A stretch of DNA of 64,000 nucleotides. Origin: Felis catus. Lineage: Eukaryota. Below are positions 1 to 12,243 of this stretch, piece by piece. The DNA is taken from positions 29,886,001 through 29,950,000 of the forward strand of contig NC_058368.1 of the NCBI RefSeq assembly GCF_018350175.1. The letters are read 5' to 3'. The translations under genes and the position numbers were made by a program. The notes under the pieces are model-generated. The model was given only the letters and a program-made list of their open reading frames with translations, had not been told where the DNA came from and made no database searches. Each line of letters opens with the position of its first letter. Within the stretch, counting starts at the first letter, position 1.

Positions 1-392
1 TGATCTCTTGTTGCCACCGAGGGGTATACCTTTGTAGAGCCTCAGTGGTTTGTTACCCTAAGCACTTTCACACTACATACCTCTCTAAGCCTTAAGGACG
101 CCCTACTGTCTTCTCAGAGTGTGTTTTCCCTCTGCTACAAATGCCTACTCACCTTCAAGCTCCACTGCCACTTTCCAAACATATCCAGAAAACATTTTGG
201 GAAGGCTGCCTATGGATGTTACTGATCTCTTGTTGCCACCGAGGGGTATACCTTTGTAGAGCCTCAGTGGTTTGTTACCCTAAGCACTTTCACACTACAT
301 ACCTCTCTAAGCCTTAAGGACGCCCTACTGTCTTCTCAGAGTGTGTTTTCCCTCTGCTACAAATGCCTACTCACCTTCAAGCTCCACTGCCA
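1..392. repeat. Perfect direct duplication, period 222 bp (1-170 identical to 223-392)
   Basis: tgatctcttgttgccaccgagg...ctccactgcca occurs at 1-170 and 223-392 with no mismatch by eye; the first unit is probably cut by the window edge. Confidence 0.95.
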
Positions 393-494
393 TTTTTCTC
401 CATGCCTCAAAGTCACACAGCTTTGGCAGAGTCTCATGTAGAATCCAGGTCCCTAAGCTTCTAGTTGGAGTCATTTCAATAAAGTAGCTCCAGA

Positions 495-725
495 TTTGGG
501 CTTTGGAGTCAAACAAACCCTGGGTTTCAGTTCTGAATTTACTGCATTAGAAAACCCTGAGAATTTTACTTACTGTCTTGGAGACTAGGTTTTCTCTTCT
601 TCAAAGGGAATGTTAATAGTACTCTCCACATAGGTTTTTGGGAAAATTAAGTAAGATAATGCATGTAAAGTGGTTTGCACAATGCCTGGCACACAATAAG
701 TGCTCAATAAATGTTAACAATTATT
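495..725 (+). mobile_element. MIR SINE relic
   Basis: MIR-like core: ttggagtcaaacaaaccctgggtttc...gataatgcatgtaaagtggtttgcacaatgcctggcacacaataagtgctcaataaatgtt. Confidence 0.75.
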
Positions 726-3029
726 GTATTGTGTTCCTGTCCCAGGAAGATTATGTAAATAAATTAAAGAATAGAGAGCTTTAAAATCCTCAGGAGCAAG
801 TAGAGTAACCATAATGTGCAAAGACTTGGAAAGCCCCAGGGAAGAGTCAGTACTGAAAAGCCTGCTACTGTAAAAGTTGTAAACAAATCTTAAAATACTA
901 ATTAGGCAGAAGCATAACTAACTCTCCCAAATAATGAAATATATGCAGTTGTTGTTCATGGTTCAAAATAATAAATTCTAAATTAGTCACTCAGAGCATT
1001 ATTAATAACAAAACATAGTCTGCAAAGTAGCTAAAGTTGTATTTTTGACCCTCATGAATTCAGTAATAAGAGAAAATATCAAAATCAGACTCTTTCGAGA
1101 TTATCATGGATCACTAATTTGTTTTTGTGGGAAAATGACTGGATTTGGAATTGGAACACCTGGGTTTGAGTCCCGGCACCGTTGATTGTTAGCTCTGTGA
1201 TCATGGAGAAGACACAGCCTAGCACAAGTTTCAACTGGGGACAAAGAGGCAGCAGAAAATGTGATGTCCACTCTCAAGAAACCAGTAGGCTAGTTGAAAA
1301 GACAATATACATAGCACATAAGCAAATGCATTCTTCTAGGCTGTTCCTGAATTTAAATCCAGGGAAATAAGAAAAAGATCAGAATTTACTCAAGAAAAAG
1401 AGTGAGGGAGGTCTTGGATTGTGTCGTCCGGTACAAGTTGGGCGGGGGGGGGGGGGGGGAGGACAATTTGCAAACTGGAACAGAATGAGTAAGATAGATG
1501 AGGAGACAATACATGCACGTCTGATAATGGCCAGTCAATAATCAGTTAGCAGGTGCATCTGTATCTGTGCAAGGTGATCCCAGTGCTGGCCTCGGTGCTG
1601 TGGGCAGATCAGAAGGAAGAGGCTTGATTTCCATCTCCTGGGAGTATGCAGTCTACAAAACACTAGGAGAGGGAGAAGAAATACTGGTAAAGCACCCGAG
1701 GAAGAGACAGGGCATGAGTAAGTACTACATGCTTTTGAACTGAACCGAAGGGTTTAGCCACCTCGTAAAGTCTGGCTGACATTTTTCTATAGAGGAAGAC
1801 TGTACCTTTAAATCCACAGCGTGAGAAAACATTTCAGTTTGCCAAGTTTCTGCTAAGCCATCCTGAAAAAAATATTCAACAGCTTTCACCAGCCAGAGGC
1901 CCCAATATCCAATCTCTGTCTCAAATGATAAATGACATTTGTCAGTTGACAAAGCAAATAGCCTCGACCATTTGAGGACATGGTCCTGCTGTGCATAGCA
2001 CTCCTGTCGAACCGGCCAAGAGCACCTTGAGGTGAGAGAAATCCTCTTTGTGCATGAGCCCTCCAGAGAGAGAGCCCAGAAACAAGCTGCCTTGGTGTTG
2101 CTCGGAGGGTAGGTCCTCATTAGGAGCCGAAACCTTGGTAGAAAATATCTGTCTGGACAAGAGGGGATTTCTCAGGTCTGGGCTGGATTAGCTGAGGATG
2201 ACTTGGGACCTTGCTTTGCTGGTGGCCATGCACTTTGCTTAGGTTTCTGCTGAAATCCGTGCTCTTTCCCCCAGTATCCTCTTGATCCTATTGTCTTAGA
2301 GTAGATGTCAATGTGATCAGCTGGAGACAAAATTAAGCGGTAGAACTCACATCGCCACTAGGAGCATAGTTGATGGTATGCATGGAGAAGAAGGGTAAGT
2401 ACTTTTGGCATTTGGGGCAGAGGAACACTTTTTCTTTGTGTGGTTTTCTCTCTCGGATTGCAGGGCGTTTAAAATCTGTGGCCCACCCACTGAATGATGA
2501 ATGTTATTGCCCCAGTCATTGTGACTGTTAAAACTCTTCACACCTTTCCAACTCCCCCCACCACCACCACTTCCAGGGCTTGTGGGGAGCCCAAAAGCAC
2601 ATGGGCGATGGATGCCTGCAAGGGGACTTGTCCTCTTTTGGGTCCCAGCTTGCTCTGCTGCTCTTGAGGAGCCTGGGGCAGGGCAGAATCTTTGTCCTTC
2701 TCAAAACTGGCCCCTGGGGGTGGGCTTGGGAGTGGTGGAGTACAGATTTGGTGTGTCCCTCATTCTGCTTCCAAGCTAGCTGTTTACTCCATGCTGAGCT
2801 CCCTGGAGGAATCTATCAGTTTTCCAGAATGGGGAGAGGGTAGGGCACCGGGGCTAAGGGACCTGGGAAAAGTCAAGCAAAGATAGCCAGTCAGTTAGTT
2901 ATGGGACATCATGTTTGTCTCTTTATTGCAAACTGTTACTCAGGAGAAAGACTTTCCAATTTGATCCAGTTCAAGTTGAGGACGAGGGACAGAGAGACCC
3001 CTAAGGTCAAGTGGTCTAACCATGCGTTC

Positions 3030-3212
3030 CAGTGTTTCTCTAATGTCTGATCCATTGACTATTTGCAGTAAAGTGACCTGGGGTGCTTGTGGGAAATGCA
3101 GATTTATGGCCCCCGAGCCCTACTATGTCAGTTTCTCTGGATTTAAGACTGGGAATCTGAATTTTAAAAATCACCCTCTGTGATTCTTCTTTAGGCAAAG
3201 TTTGAGAGAACT
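3030..3212. mobile_element. MER5-like hAT-Charlie MITE
   Basis: cagtgtttctc...acctggggtgcttgtgggaaatgcagatt...gggaatctgaattttaa...aagtttgagagaact resembles MER5A/B. Confidence 0.65.
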
Positions 3213-5463
3213 AAGGATCTTCCAATGCTCAAGTTCCCTCTGTAAGAACCCTGATTAGTAACTGCCTGTTCTCTGAATATCTCTAATAGAGGGGGTCTCC
3301 TTCTCTTTGGAGGCAGTCCATGGTCTCCCTGTCTAGCTCCGTGCTCTGCAAGCTTTCCCCAATGGGTAAAGTATGGTCTCATTGGTGGGCAGAAACCCCA
3401 AACTCAAACTATGTGTGTGTGAATAAATGCATTTTGCATTGGGCTTGAAAGGGTGTTCACTAAAATTACACGTGGCTCCTTGTGGAGGGAGAGTAAAATA
3501 TGGGTATGTGGCAAAGCCAAGGGAGTAAATTCATATTCTATATATACCTGTATTGTTTGAATTTTTCTTCGACCATGTACGTGTGGTAGTTGTGTAATTT
3601 AAAAATAAAAGGCAAAGCAACACCAACACTGATGTTCTTGATATTGAGCCAAACCTGCTTCACTCTGTATTTTCCTCTTCAGTTCTACGGGAATCGCAAA
3701 GGGTTGCATAGAGTGACAAGTTTTTTTCTCCACCTACCAAAAGTTTTTGAATGCCATTAGGCCTGTCCCTTCCAGGCACTGAGGCACTGGCTCTCTAGGC
3801 CAAATGGCCCTGGTTTGTTGACCCTCACATTGTTTTCTGGTGCTTGACTTCCCGGAAACTGCCCCTTCTTACCTGCTGGATGAAGCTGTTCAGCTTGACT
3901 GTATTCTGTGAAAGTTGTGTTCTGTGGTGTATACCGAGAGCAATATTCTGGGTGTGCTGTGACCAGAATAGAGGGAATAGGACAATCATCTCTGTCTTAC
4001 CAGGTCCTATGCTTTTGCTAAGGCAGCCACGTCACACTGATGACTCTTGTTGAGCAGAGAGTCAACGAAAACCCCTAAAATCTTTGTCACACCAGCTGCT
4101 GCTAAGGCTCATCTCCACCACCTTGTACGGTTTTCAGTTTTTTCAGTTGGCTTTCTGGACTGAAGTGGAAACACCTTAAACTAATTCCTATTAACCTTCA
4201 TCTTGTTAGGCTTGGCTCATTGATCCAGGAGGCTGAAGCATCTTTTCTTTCTTTCCTTCCTTCCTCACTTCCTCTCCTCTCCTCTCCTCTCCTCTCCTTT
4301 TTTTTTTCTTTTCTCTCCTCTTTTTTTTTCTTTCTTTCTTTCTCAGAAAAACCTCTTTTGCAGAGTTTGATTTTATTTGGCTTCAGAGGGGAAAACCCCT
4401 ACAAAACCATCTTTATTTTGAACAGGAGTCTCTCCTCAAAAATCAACCTGAGTTTGGCATTTTCTAGTACCCTGAACAAATGCAGAACTTGCTGTCAGCT
4501 TGATTGGACAGGGCGCCACTTCAGGGTCTGTTACCTGCAGGCTCTGATGGCAGGTCCCGTGACATATGCCACCAGGCTGAAAGAGAGCTCTGCAGACAGC
4601 AGTCCCCTTCCCAGACAGATGGGTGTCTCTTTTCGTCTGCAAGATCCCCTGGGAAGGCTCGACTGGGAGCATCTTCCTGAAATGGGATGACTGTGTATTG
4701 TGAATGACTTTATTGCTCAGAGCATCTGGATGTGTTGTGATAAACAGCATGATAGATGGCTTTAGTGCCTCTAGTCTGGGTTGCCCAGAGAGAAGGAACA
4801 GAACAGAGAACATTTACTTCCTTATTGCTTGGAACAGAGCAGCATTGCTCACAAGGACTACACCTGAGTTGTTCTTCCTGCTTATCCTTGTGGTAATTTC
4901 AGCACCATGGACCTGAGGGGGACTTAAAGAAGGGGAGATTTGCTGGAAGTAGCTGGATGGACAGTATTCATTTATACTTGCAGCACACATTCTTTGAGGA
5001 TTGGTGCAGGTCACTGTGCTAGGCACTAGGGATAGATGGTAAGAAAACCATTCATGAGCCCTGCACTCACAAAGCTTTCAGCTTACTCAAAGAGGCATAG
5101 GTTACAAAGTGGTCACTCAAATGCAAGTATAATCATAAGAGTGGTAAATGTAACAAAGAGGACATGTAATGATGGGGAGTCTAGTTCTGATCTGGAATGT
5201 TGGAGAAGGCTTCTTGAAGCTGTGACAGTTCAAATGAAATCTGCAAGTTGAGTGGGAGTTAACTTGGCAATGAGGTAGAAGATATAATAGGTATATGCTA
5301 AGTATATGCTAAGGCCCTGTGGTAGGTGAAGCTATAACATGGTCAAGGATGGGAAAGAAGGCCAGTGTGTCTGGAAGAGGAGAGCAAGAGGGAAGCAGGT
5401 TGCAGTATTAGGTTAGAAATATTGATAATGGTTGTATAATAGTAACAATATTATTGATAATAA

Positions 5464-5662
5464 GGGCACCTGGGTAGCTCAGTCAGTTGAGCGCCAACTA
5501 CGATTCAGGTTATGATCTCACAATTCGAGCCCTGCATTGGGCTCTGTGCTGACTGACAGCTCAGAGCCTAGAGCCTGCTTTGGATTCTGTGTCTCCCTTT
5601 CTCTCTCTGCCCCTCCCCCACTCACACTCCGTCTCTGTCCCTCTCAAAAATAAACAAACATT
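5464..5662 (+). mobile_element. Can-SINE (SINEC_Fc-type)
   Basis: tRNA-derived head gggcacctgggtagctcagtcagttgag, (CT)n, aaaataaa tail; TSD atattattgataata 5448-5462/5666-5680. Confidence 0.95.
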
Positions 5663-5968
5663 ATCATATTATTGATAATAATACTAATCGATGTTTTTGC
5701 TTAAGATTTACTATGTGCCAAGCATCATACTAAGGACTTCATATGTAGCAATTCATTTATTGTTTCTGAAAAATCTACAAGGTATGTGCTCTTCTTATGT
5801 CTATTTTACAGAAAAGGAAACTGAGATAGAGAAGTTAACTAACTTCTCCTAATTGATAAGGGGCAGCATCCTAGAGTTTCATTTAGGGATTTTGCTTTAT
5901 CTTAACAACTATGGGATGTTGCTGAATATTTTAAACAGGACAGAGCTATGATAAGATTTGAGTCTTGA

Positions 5969-6172
5969 GGGGCACCTGGGTGGTTTAGTCAGTTAAGCGT
6001 CCAATTCTTGATCTCGGCTCAGGTCATGATTTCACTGTTCGTGAGTTCCAGCTCCATGCAGGGTCTACACTGACAGAGTGAAGCCTGCTTGGGATTCTCT
6101 TTCTCCCTCTCTTTCTAGTCCTCCCCTGCTCACTTTCTCTTTCTCTCAAAATAAATAAGTATAAAAGAAAAT
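5969..6172 (+). mobile_element. Can-SINE
   Basis: ggggcacctgggtggtttagtcagttaagcg head, CT-rich segment, A-rich tail. Confidence 0.93.
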
Positions 6173-6348
6173 TGTGTCTTGAAATAGCTCTGGCTAGTGG
6201 GTTGGGGATGGCAGGAAAGAAGCAAAAGGGGACAGGGGACAGCCAATGGAAGCAGTCCCGCTGGTCCAAGCGAGAGATGCCAAGAGCCTATACTAGCATG
6301 GTGGCTGTGAAGATGGAGGAAATAGACTGGTTAGAAAGGTAAATGTTT

Positions 6349-6565
6349 GGGGCGCCTGGGTGGCTCAGTCGGTTAAGCGTCTGACTCCAGCCAGGTCACG
6401 ATCTTGCGGTCCGTGGGTTCGAGCCCCACGTCGGGCTCTGGGCTGATGGCTCAGAGCCTGGAGCCTGTTTCAGATTCTGTGTCTCCCTCTCTCTCTGCCC
6501 CTCCCCCGTTCATGCTCTGTCTCTCTCTGTCCCCAAAATAAATAAACGTTGAAAAAAAAATTTAA
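6349..6565 (+). mobile_element. Young Can-SINE (SINEC_Fc-type)
   Basis: ggggcgcctgggtggctcagtcggttaagcg head with CpGs retained; 16-bp TSD agaaaggtaaatgttt 6333-6348/6566-6581. Confidence 0.97.
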
Positions 6566-6581
6566 GAAAGGTAAATGTTTT

Positions 6582-6759
6582 TTAAAGTTTATTTCTTTAT
6601 TTTGAGAAAGAGAGAGAGTACATGCAGGGGAGGAGCAGAGAGGGAGACTCTCAAGCAGGCTCCATACTGTCAGTGCAGAGCCCCATGTGGGGCTTGAGAT
6701 CATGACCTGGGTCAGGATCAAGAGTTGGATGCTAAACCGACTGAGCCACCCAGGTGCCC
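6582..6759 (-). mobile_element. Can-SINE (older), tail-to-tail with the preceding SINE
   Basis: Reverse-complement SINE: tttattttgagaaagagag...gactgagccacccaggtgccc. Confidence 0.93.
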
Positions 6760-6811
6760 TGAGGCAAAATATTTTTGAAATAAATTAAGACCTCGTAAGA
6801 AATTGAACAGA

Positions 6812-7044
6812 GGGGGTGCGCCTGGGTGGCGCAGTCGGTTAAGCGTCTGACTTCAGCCAGGTCATGATCTCGCGGTCCGTGAGTTCGAGCCCCGCATCAG
6901 GCTCTGGGCTGATGGCTCGGAGCCTGGAGCCTGTTTCCGATTCTGTGTCTCCCTCTCTCTCTGCCCCTCCCCCGTTCATGCTCTGTCTCTCTCTGTCCCA
7001 AAAATAAATAAAAAACGCTGAAAAAAAAATTAAAAAAAAAAGAA
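6812..7044 (+). mobile_element. Young Can-SINE (SINEC_Fc-type)
   Basis: gggtgcgcctgggtggcgcagtcggttaagcg head, long A tail; TSD aagaaattgaacagagg on both sides. Confidence 0.97.
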
Positions 7045-7559
7045 AGAAATTGAACAGAGGGTGTGGGGGAAGAAGATCAAAGATGACTCTCAGGTTTCTG
7101 TCAGACCCAACGGGATGGATGGGGAAGATTATGAGTTCCACCTTTGGCATACTAAGTTTGATGGGCTTTTGAAAGAACCAAATAGGCAGTTGGTCATGAA
7201 CTTGTGGTGCTCAAAGGGAGGGTTGAACTCTGATTCTTGGGGTCATCAGTGAATAGGTGGAGAGTCAAATGGCCTGGATGGAATGAATGACTGCACGAGA
7301 GAGGACAGGGCAAGAAACCCAGGGGGCCTGGGACTGACTTAGCCCTAATGAACTCCAACACGCAATGGCTGGATAGACGAAGAGAGTCTATAAAGGCGAC
7401 TGAGCAGAAAGTGCCCAGGGGATGGAGCCAGGGAGAATATGAGGGCACAGTGTCCAGGAGAGAATTTGTTTGGGAGAGATGCAGGGCTACCAGAGCGGTA
7501 CGTGGCCAAGATGTCAAACAATATGAGAAATTGTCCTTGGGATGCAAAAACATGGAGAC

Positions 7560-7989
7560 TGTACTCATCTCCTAGGGCTGCCGTAACAGATTACCACCAA
7601 CTGGGTGGTTTAACACAATAGGAATTTACTGTTTCACATTTCTTGAGGGCAAAAGTCGGAAATCAGAAATCAGCTGGGCCTCACTCTCTCTGAAGCTTTG
7701 GGGGAGGAACTTTCCTTCTCTCTCTCCCAGTGTCTGGTGGTGGTGTTCCTTGCTTTGTAGATGCATCACTCCAATCTCTGCCTCCATCTTTACATGTGGG
7801 CTTTCTTCATATAAGGACACTAGTCATATTAGACAGGGCCCACCCTAATCCACTATGGCCTCATCTTAACTTGATTACATCTGCAGCAAACAAACCCATT
7901 TCCAGATAAAGTCACATTCACGAGTGGGGGGGGGGTGTCGGTGCACACATCTTTCTTTTGGGGGGGGGGACACAATTCAACCTGCAACA
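7560..7989 (-). mobile_element. ERVL-MaLR solo LTR (MLT1C-like)
   Basis: TG...CA ends (tgtactc...cctgcaaca); MLT1 motifs ctagggctgccgtaacagattaccac, ataaggacactagtcatattagacagggcccaccctaatcc, cacaattcaacc; 5-bp TSD gagac/gaggc. Confidence 0.88.
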
Positions 7990-9269
7990 GAGGCTGTTGA
8001 TAACTTTGAGAGCTATTTTTGTGGCAAGGTGAGAGAAGATGGACTGGAATGTGTTAAGAAGGGATTGAGAGGCAGGAGTTTAGCGCCAGCACAAGAAAAG
8101 GCAACTCTTTCAAGAAATTTGGCTCACTGGGTCACTAAGAGCACTAGAAAAGGGTCAGAAAATCTTCCTCCGAAGAGGAGCTCCACCATGACTGAGGTGA
8201 CCTCGGGTAAACCACTTACCCCCGCAAGCCCTGCTTTCTCATTTGGAGGACGATTATGCCCACACAACTCACCTTTTAGAGTGACTTCAAACTCTCGTGA
8301 GGCTTCAAGGAGATGAGGCACAAAAAGACTTTGTAGAAAAAGATGCAGGCAATTATGATTATGTGATTTTCAGGGAGACTCCTACCACACTTGGATATGT
8401 GTCTATGGGCCATTTCGAGGCAGAGGTCCCCGGGCAGAACACCAGGACTTTGGGGCTTCTGTCCCTGAGCCTGCTGACTCACCCAGACAGCACCCCAGCC
8501 CCAGCTGTCGAGCAGCCTGGCCTTCCGCGGTTACACCCAAGCACTTTGCCTGCTGTGTGGGCAGGACTTGGCGGGATAGCGTTCCTCTGTCCTTGCATTT
8601 AGGAGGATTCATGTCAGTCTGGAACCTTCCACACTCAATCTTGGAAACCCTGATGCTGGCAGAGGAGCTGGAGCTGAGAGTTTTTGTCTGGGTGCCAGTC
8701 AGGGGCCTGAGGACTTTACCTGTTGAGGTCTCTGGTCCTACATCTGTCACTGGGGCAGGCCCCTGGCAGCCAGGTCTCAAGACCTGCGGGTCAACAAGGA
8801 GGGGCGCACTGTGCCACAGGGGCTGGGGAAACTGGCCTGGGGACAAGGTTGTCAAGTAAGCCAAAGGTAGGCCGGATGCACCGCCTGAGTCGTGAGTGGA
8901 GATCGTCCCGCAGCGTGGAACTTGAAATGGGGCGGCAGGCAGCAGGCAGTCCCGGGGAGTCGGGCAGGCAGACTGCTGTGGCAGGCTCTGGGAGGAAGGG
9001 CGGATCGTCCTCCCAAGAGGAGTTGCTGCTTGGCTGCAGGGGCTTAGTTGCTAGCAGTGATTCATTTACTCCTTGCTGGATTTGTCAGGTGCCGGGGCCC
9101 AGGGGCTGGGCAACTAGGGAGGTGCCAGGGTTCAGAGGCTACACAGCCGTTTTGGGGGGGGGGGAGGAGGTGGGGGTGAGGGAGCAGGGACTGGGTGGGG
9201 TCCCTGGGCTAACAGGGATAGGGACGCCGGGGAGGGAGCAGAGTGTCTTAACAGGAAGAAAAACTGCCA

Positions 9270-9457
9270 CCACATGGGCCCTGCACACGGATCCTGCGCG
9301 GGCATCACCACATCACCCGGGATCTCTTTACAAGGCAGATTCAGATAGAGTGGCTCAGATGCACTAGCTCCGGGGTTGGGCAAGAGATTCTGCATGTCTA
9401 AAAAGTTCCCAGGTGCGACTGTGGCTGCTGTTCCACAGGCCACACAAGATTAGCAAG
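9270..9457. mobile_element. MER5A-like hAT MITE
   Basis: aagagattctgcatgtctaaaaagttcccaggtgcgactgtggctgctgttccacaggccacac resembles MER5A. Confidence 0.65.
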
Positions 9458-11135
9458 AGGGGGATTAACTGTCGGCATTCAGAAGACTCTCATGACATTT
9501 AATAGGAGGAACTGCAGCCGAGTCTCCGGAACTAAGAACCCGCAAGCTGTCAGCACTGCTGGCTTCTCTCTCTGGAGCCACATGGTCCCTCGTCTGCACA
9601 TCTGCTCTGTCCTCTTTAGCCGGGCTTCCTCTGCAAGGCTTTGTAACTTGGCTGGCCCTTGGCTGTCATTACCACCTCAAGGGCTCTGACCTCGACCTTC
9701 TGGCTCAAGCTCCTAGCTCTGTTGGGCTATTGTGGTTTTGGTCTCTTACTTCAGACCTTTTCTCTGTCAAAATTCTGATTGGCTTGGCTGGTCAGGTGTC
9801 CACACTTGGTCTAAGCAGCTGTGCCAGGGGACCAAAGAGCAGAGCTTCCCAGGAGTGCTTTCAAATGAGGTCATGGGCTACCACCCAATGGGCAAGCTCT
9901 GGGAGGCGGATCAAGAGACATGAAGCCTTGATGAACTGTTTTAAGCATGTGTGATTGGGGGAAACTTTTGGGGGGGGAAAAAGTTAGAATTTCAGCATAC
10001 ATTTTGGCTGCTTTCCAAAATGCAAATTTATTTTGAATTATTTATGGAACTAGATGGGTGGGCACCAAAATCTTTTTCTTGCTTAAGGCCCTGGAAGGAG
10101 CACGAGCTTGGCACGAGCCCAAATACGCCTCGAAGGAAAGTGACCAGGTGGAGTGTAGAGACAAAGGCCTTGTGGCTTGAGACAAATTAGGAGGAGAGGA
10201 AGGGGAGAGTGGAGATGGGGCTGTCTCTTGGCTGGGCCGTCTGTCCCCGGGTCAGCTCGACTGTGAAGGAGCTGCTGTAGCCTGCACGAGCCCAGGGGTA
10301 ATGGCCCAGCCACCGATCCCAGAAGCAGTGGGTGGCTGCAATTTCAGCCACAGAAGTCGGGTCTGGACCCAGCGCAGGGTCATGTTCATCACATCTTAGA
10401 TTGGTCGACCTAAAAATGTACAGATAAGAGAAGCAAGACAGCGGAGGGACCTTGACCTGCTCAAGGTTAAACTCCCAGTTGGTGGCTGAGCTCGCCAAGA
10501 ACGCCCGTGTCCTGACACCCAGCCCTGAGCTTTTCTGAAAATGAGGGGACTCTTAAGAATACCCAGTACATCCGAGCTGTTTGCTCGCACAGAAGGAAGT
10601 TTGCAAAGCGGTTGAGGAGGACTCTCTGAAGAAGGGCAAACAGTCCCTGAGGGGGCGGGGCTGGTTGCTGCAGGAGCTCCGTTGCCAGCAGTTATTAATT
10701 CACTCCTGCCGGAGCTGTCTTAGGGGCCTCCCGCGCACAATAACATTAGGAGTGTTGGCAGCTGCGGAGGGAGAAGCCCCGCTCCCTCTCGCAGGGAGGA
10801 AGGTGCGGCTCCTTGCAAGGTTGCTCTCCTCCCAGCGTCTGCTTGCTGTGGGCAGAGAGCCTCGGATCGGTGGTGCTCCAGGGCCTGGGAACAGCCTGCT
10901 GAGGACGCAGTGTTCCCGGGGAAGGTGGCAGATCTTGGAGAAAGGACAGAAGCTGGGCCAAGAGACTGAAACGTATGCAAATCAGGCCCCAGGATGGATC
11001 AGGGAGGGGGCAGCCCCTGCCTCCTTATTCCTATACCCAGGGCCAGGCACCTCAGGAAGAGGGAAAGAGAAATCCTCAAGGGGAACGTAGGCTTTCATCC
11101 TCAATGCCAAGCTTGCTCAGGAGGGGACGTGTGCT

Positions 11136-11137
<2 letters not shown>

Positions 11138-11167
<30 letters not shown>
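11138..11167. repeat. (TG)n microsatellite
   Basis: Uninterrupted GT dinucleotide run. Confidence 0.95.
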
Positions 11168-11168
<1 letters not shown>

Positions 11169-12037
11169 CAGTGAGCTTTCCTTTTCTCTTGAACCTTTTC
11201 TTGCTAAAATAGCCCACGTGTCAAAGTGCCTGGAGGGCAGAGAGGTTTAGCAGAAAGAAAACTTGGTGGTTCAGGAAGCAGGAAAACTGGGTTAATCGTT
11301 GCATTGGGCCTGGTAGCAGCTGAGCATTTCTTCTGAGGTCTGGAGGTCTCCAGAACTTCTTTTTTTTTTTTCAAGGGGGCAGGCCACTCGGGACTGCTGC
11401 ATACCACTGTGCATGCTGTGCACTGCATAGTTCCAGGGGCTGCCCCCCACCAGCAACCTTAGTTTGCGTGGGTGATTCACCTCTGAATGACCAAGGGCAA
11501 ACTGTGAAATTTAGAGACAGTGTTTTCCTCTCCTCTCTCACTGCCCCCTTTCTCCTGTTTGGCAACTCACGATCCCACAGCTGCTCAGTTGGGACTGTAT
11601 CCTCCAGTTTAAAACTTTCCCTTCTTTCTCCCCTGGCCAATCACCCCACTTCCTTGATTCTCTGAGCATAACTGACTGCCCTAGAGGAAATCAATCTGAC
11701 AAACACTGTGCTAAGGAAAACGTAGAATAATAGAATCAGACAGCCGGGAGGAACCTGGGAGGTCATCCAGGTCAGAGACTATAAACCCTGTGCCAAAGGA
11801 CTTTGGTTTATTTCTTAAATTCATATGTGAAGGCCTTCCATTTTCCAGTCCGCACCCCCCCAGCCCCACTGTCTATTATTTCACAACTGCCTGCTTAAAT
11901 CAGTTATGTCACCTGTCTGCCTCAAGGCAGGTGTGGCTGAGTCTAGGGGGCCTCCTGTCAGTCGTCTCTGTTTAAAGATTAGGGAACAGAGGCTCCAAGA
12001 GGTGGCCTGATTTGCTGCACTTAAAAAAAAATTTTTA

Positions 12038-12243
12038 GGGGCGCCTGGGTGGCTCAGTCGGTTAGGCGTCCGACTTCAGCTCAGGTCACGATCTCGCGGT
12101 CCGTGAGTTCGAGCCCCGTGTCGGGCTCTGGGCTGATGGCTCAGAGCCTGGAGTCTGCTTCCCATTCTGTGTCTCCCTCTCTCTCTGCCCCTCCCCCATT
12201 CATGCTCTGTCTCTGTCTCAAAAATAAATAAACGTTAAAAAAA
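12038..12243 (+). mobile_element. Young Can-SINE
   Basis: ggggcgcctgggtggctcagtcggttaggcgtccgacttcagctcagg..., CpG-rich, A tail. Confidence 0.96.

Larger units (their letters stand above)
4960..7555. mobile_element. Fragmented old L2 LINE, interrupted by several SINEs and a MIR
   Basis: L2-like motifs (cactgtgctaggcactagggata, aaggccagtgtgtctggaagagg, agatgactctcaggtttctg, gagttccacctttggcatactaagtttga). Confidence 0.55.

Noticed and set aside
1440..1459. Long G homopolymer
   Set aside because: Simple mononucleotide run, prone to sequencing error, no further structure
6349..6430. tRNA gene-like A/B boxes at SINE heads
   Set aside because: These are the tRNA-derived heads of Can-SINEs, followed by SINE body, (CT)n, A tail and TSDs
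8723..9367. 214-aa ORF and overlapping ORFs at 8297-8864
   Set aside because: No recognisable domain; open in several frames because of GC-richness; partly made of MIR/MER5 relics; no clear exon structure
10581..11090. 169-aa ORF
   Set aside because: Non-ATG start, no known protein similarity, expected by chance in GC-rich DNA
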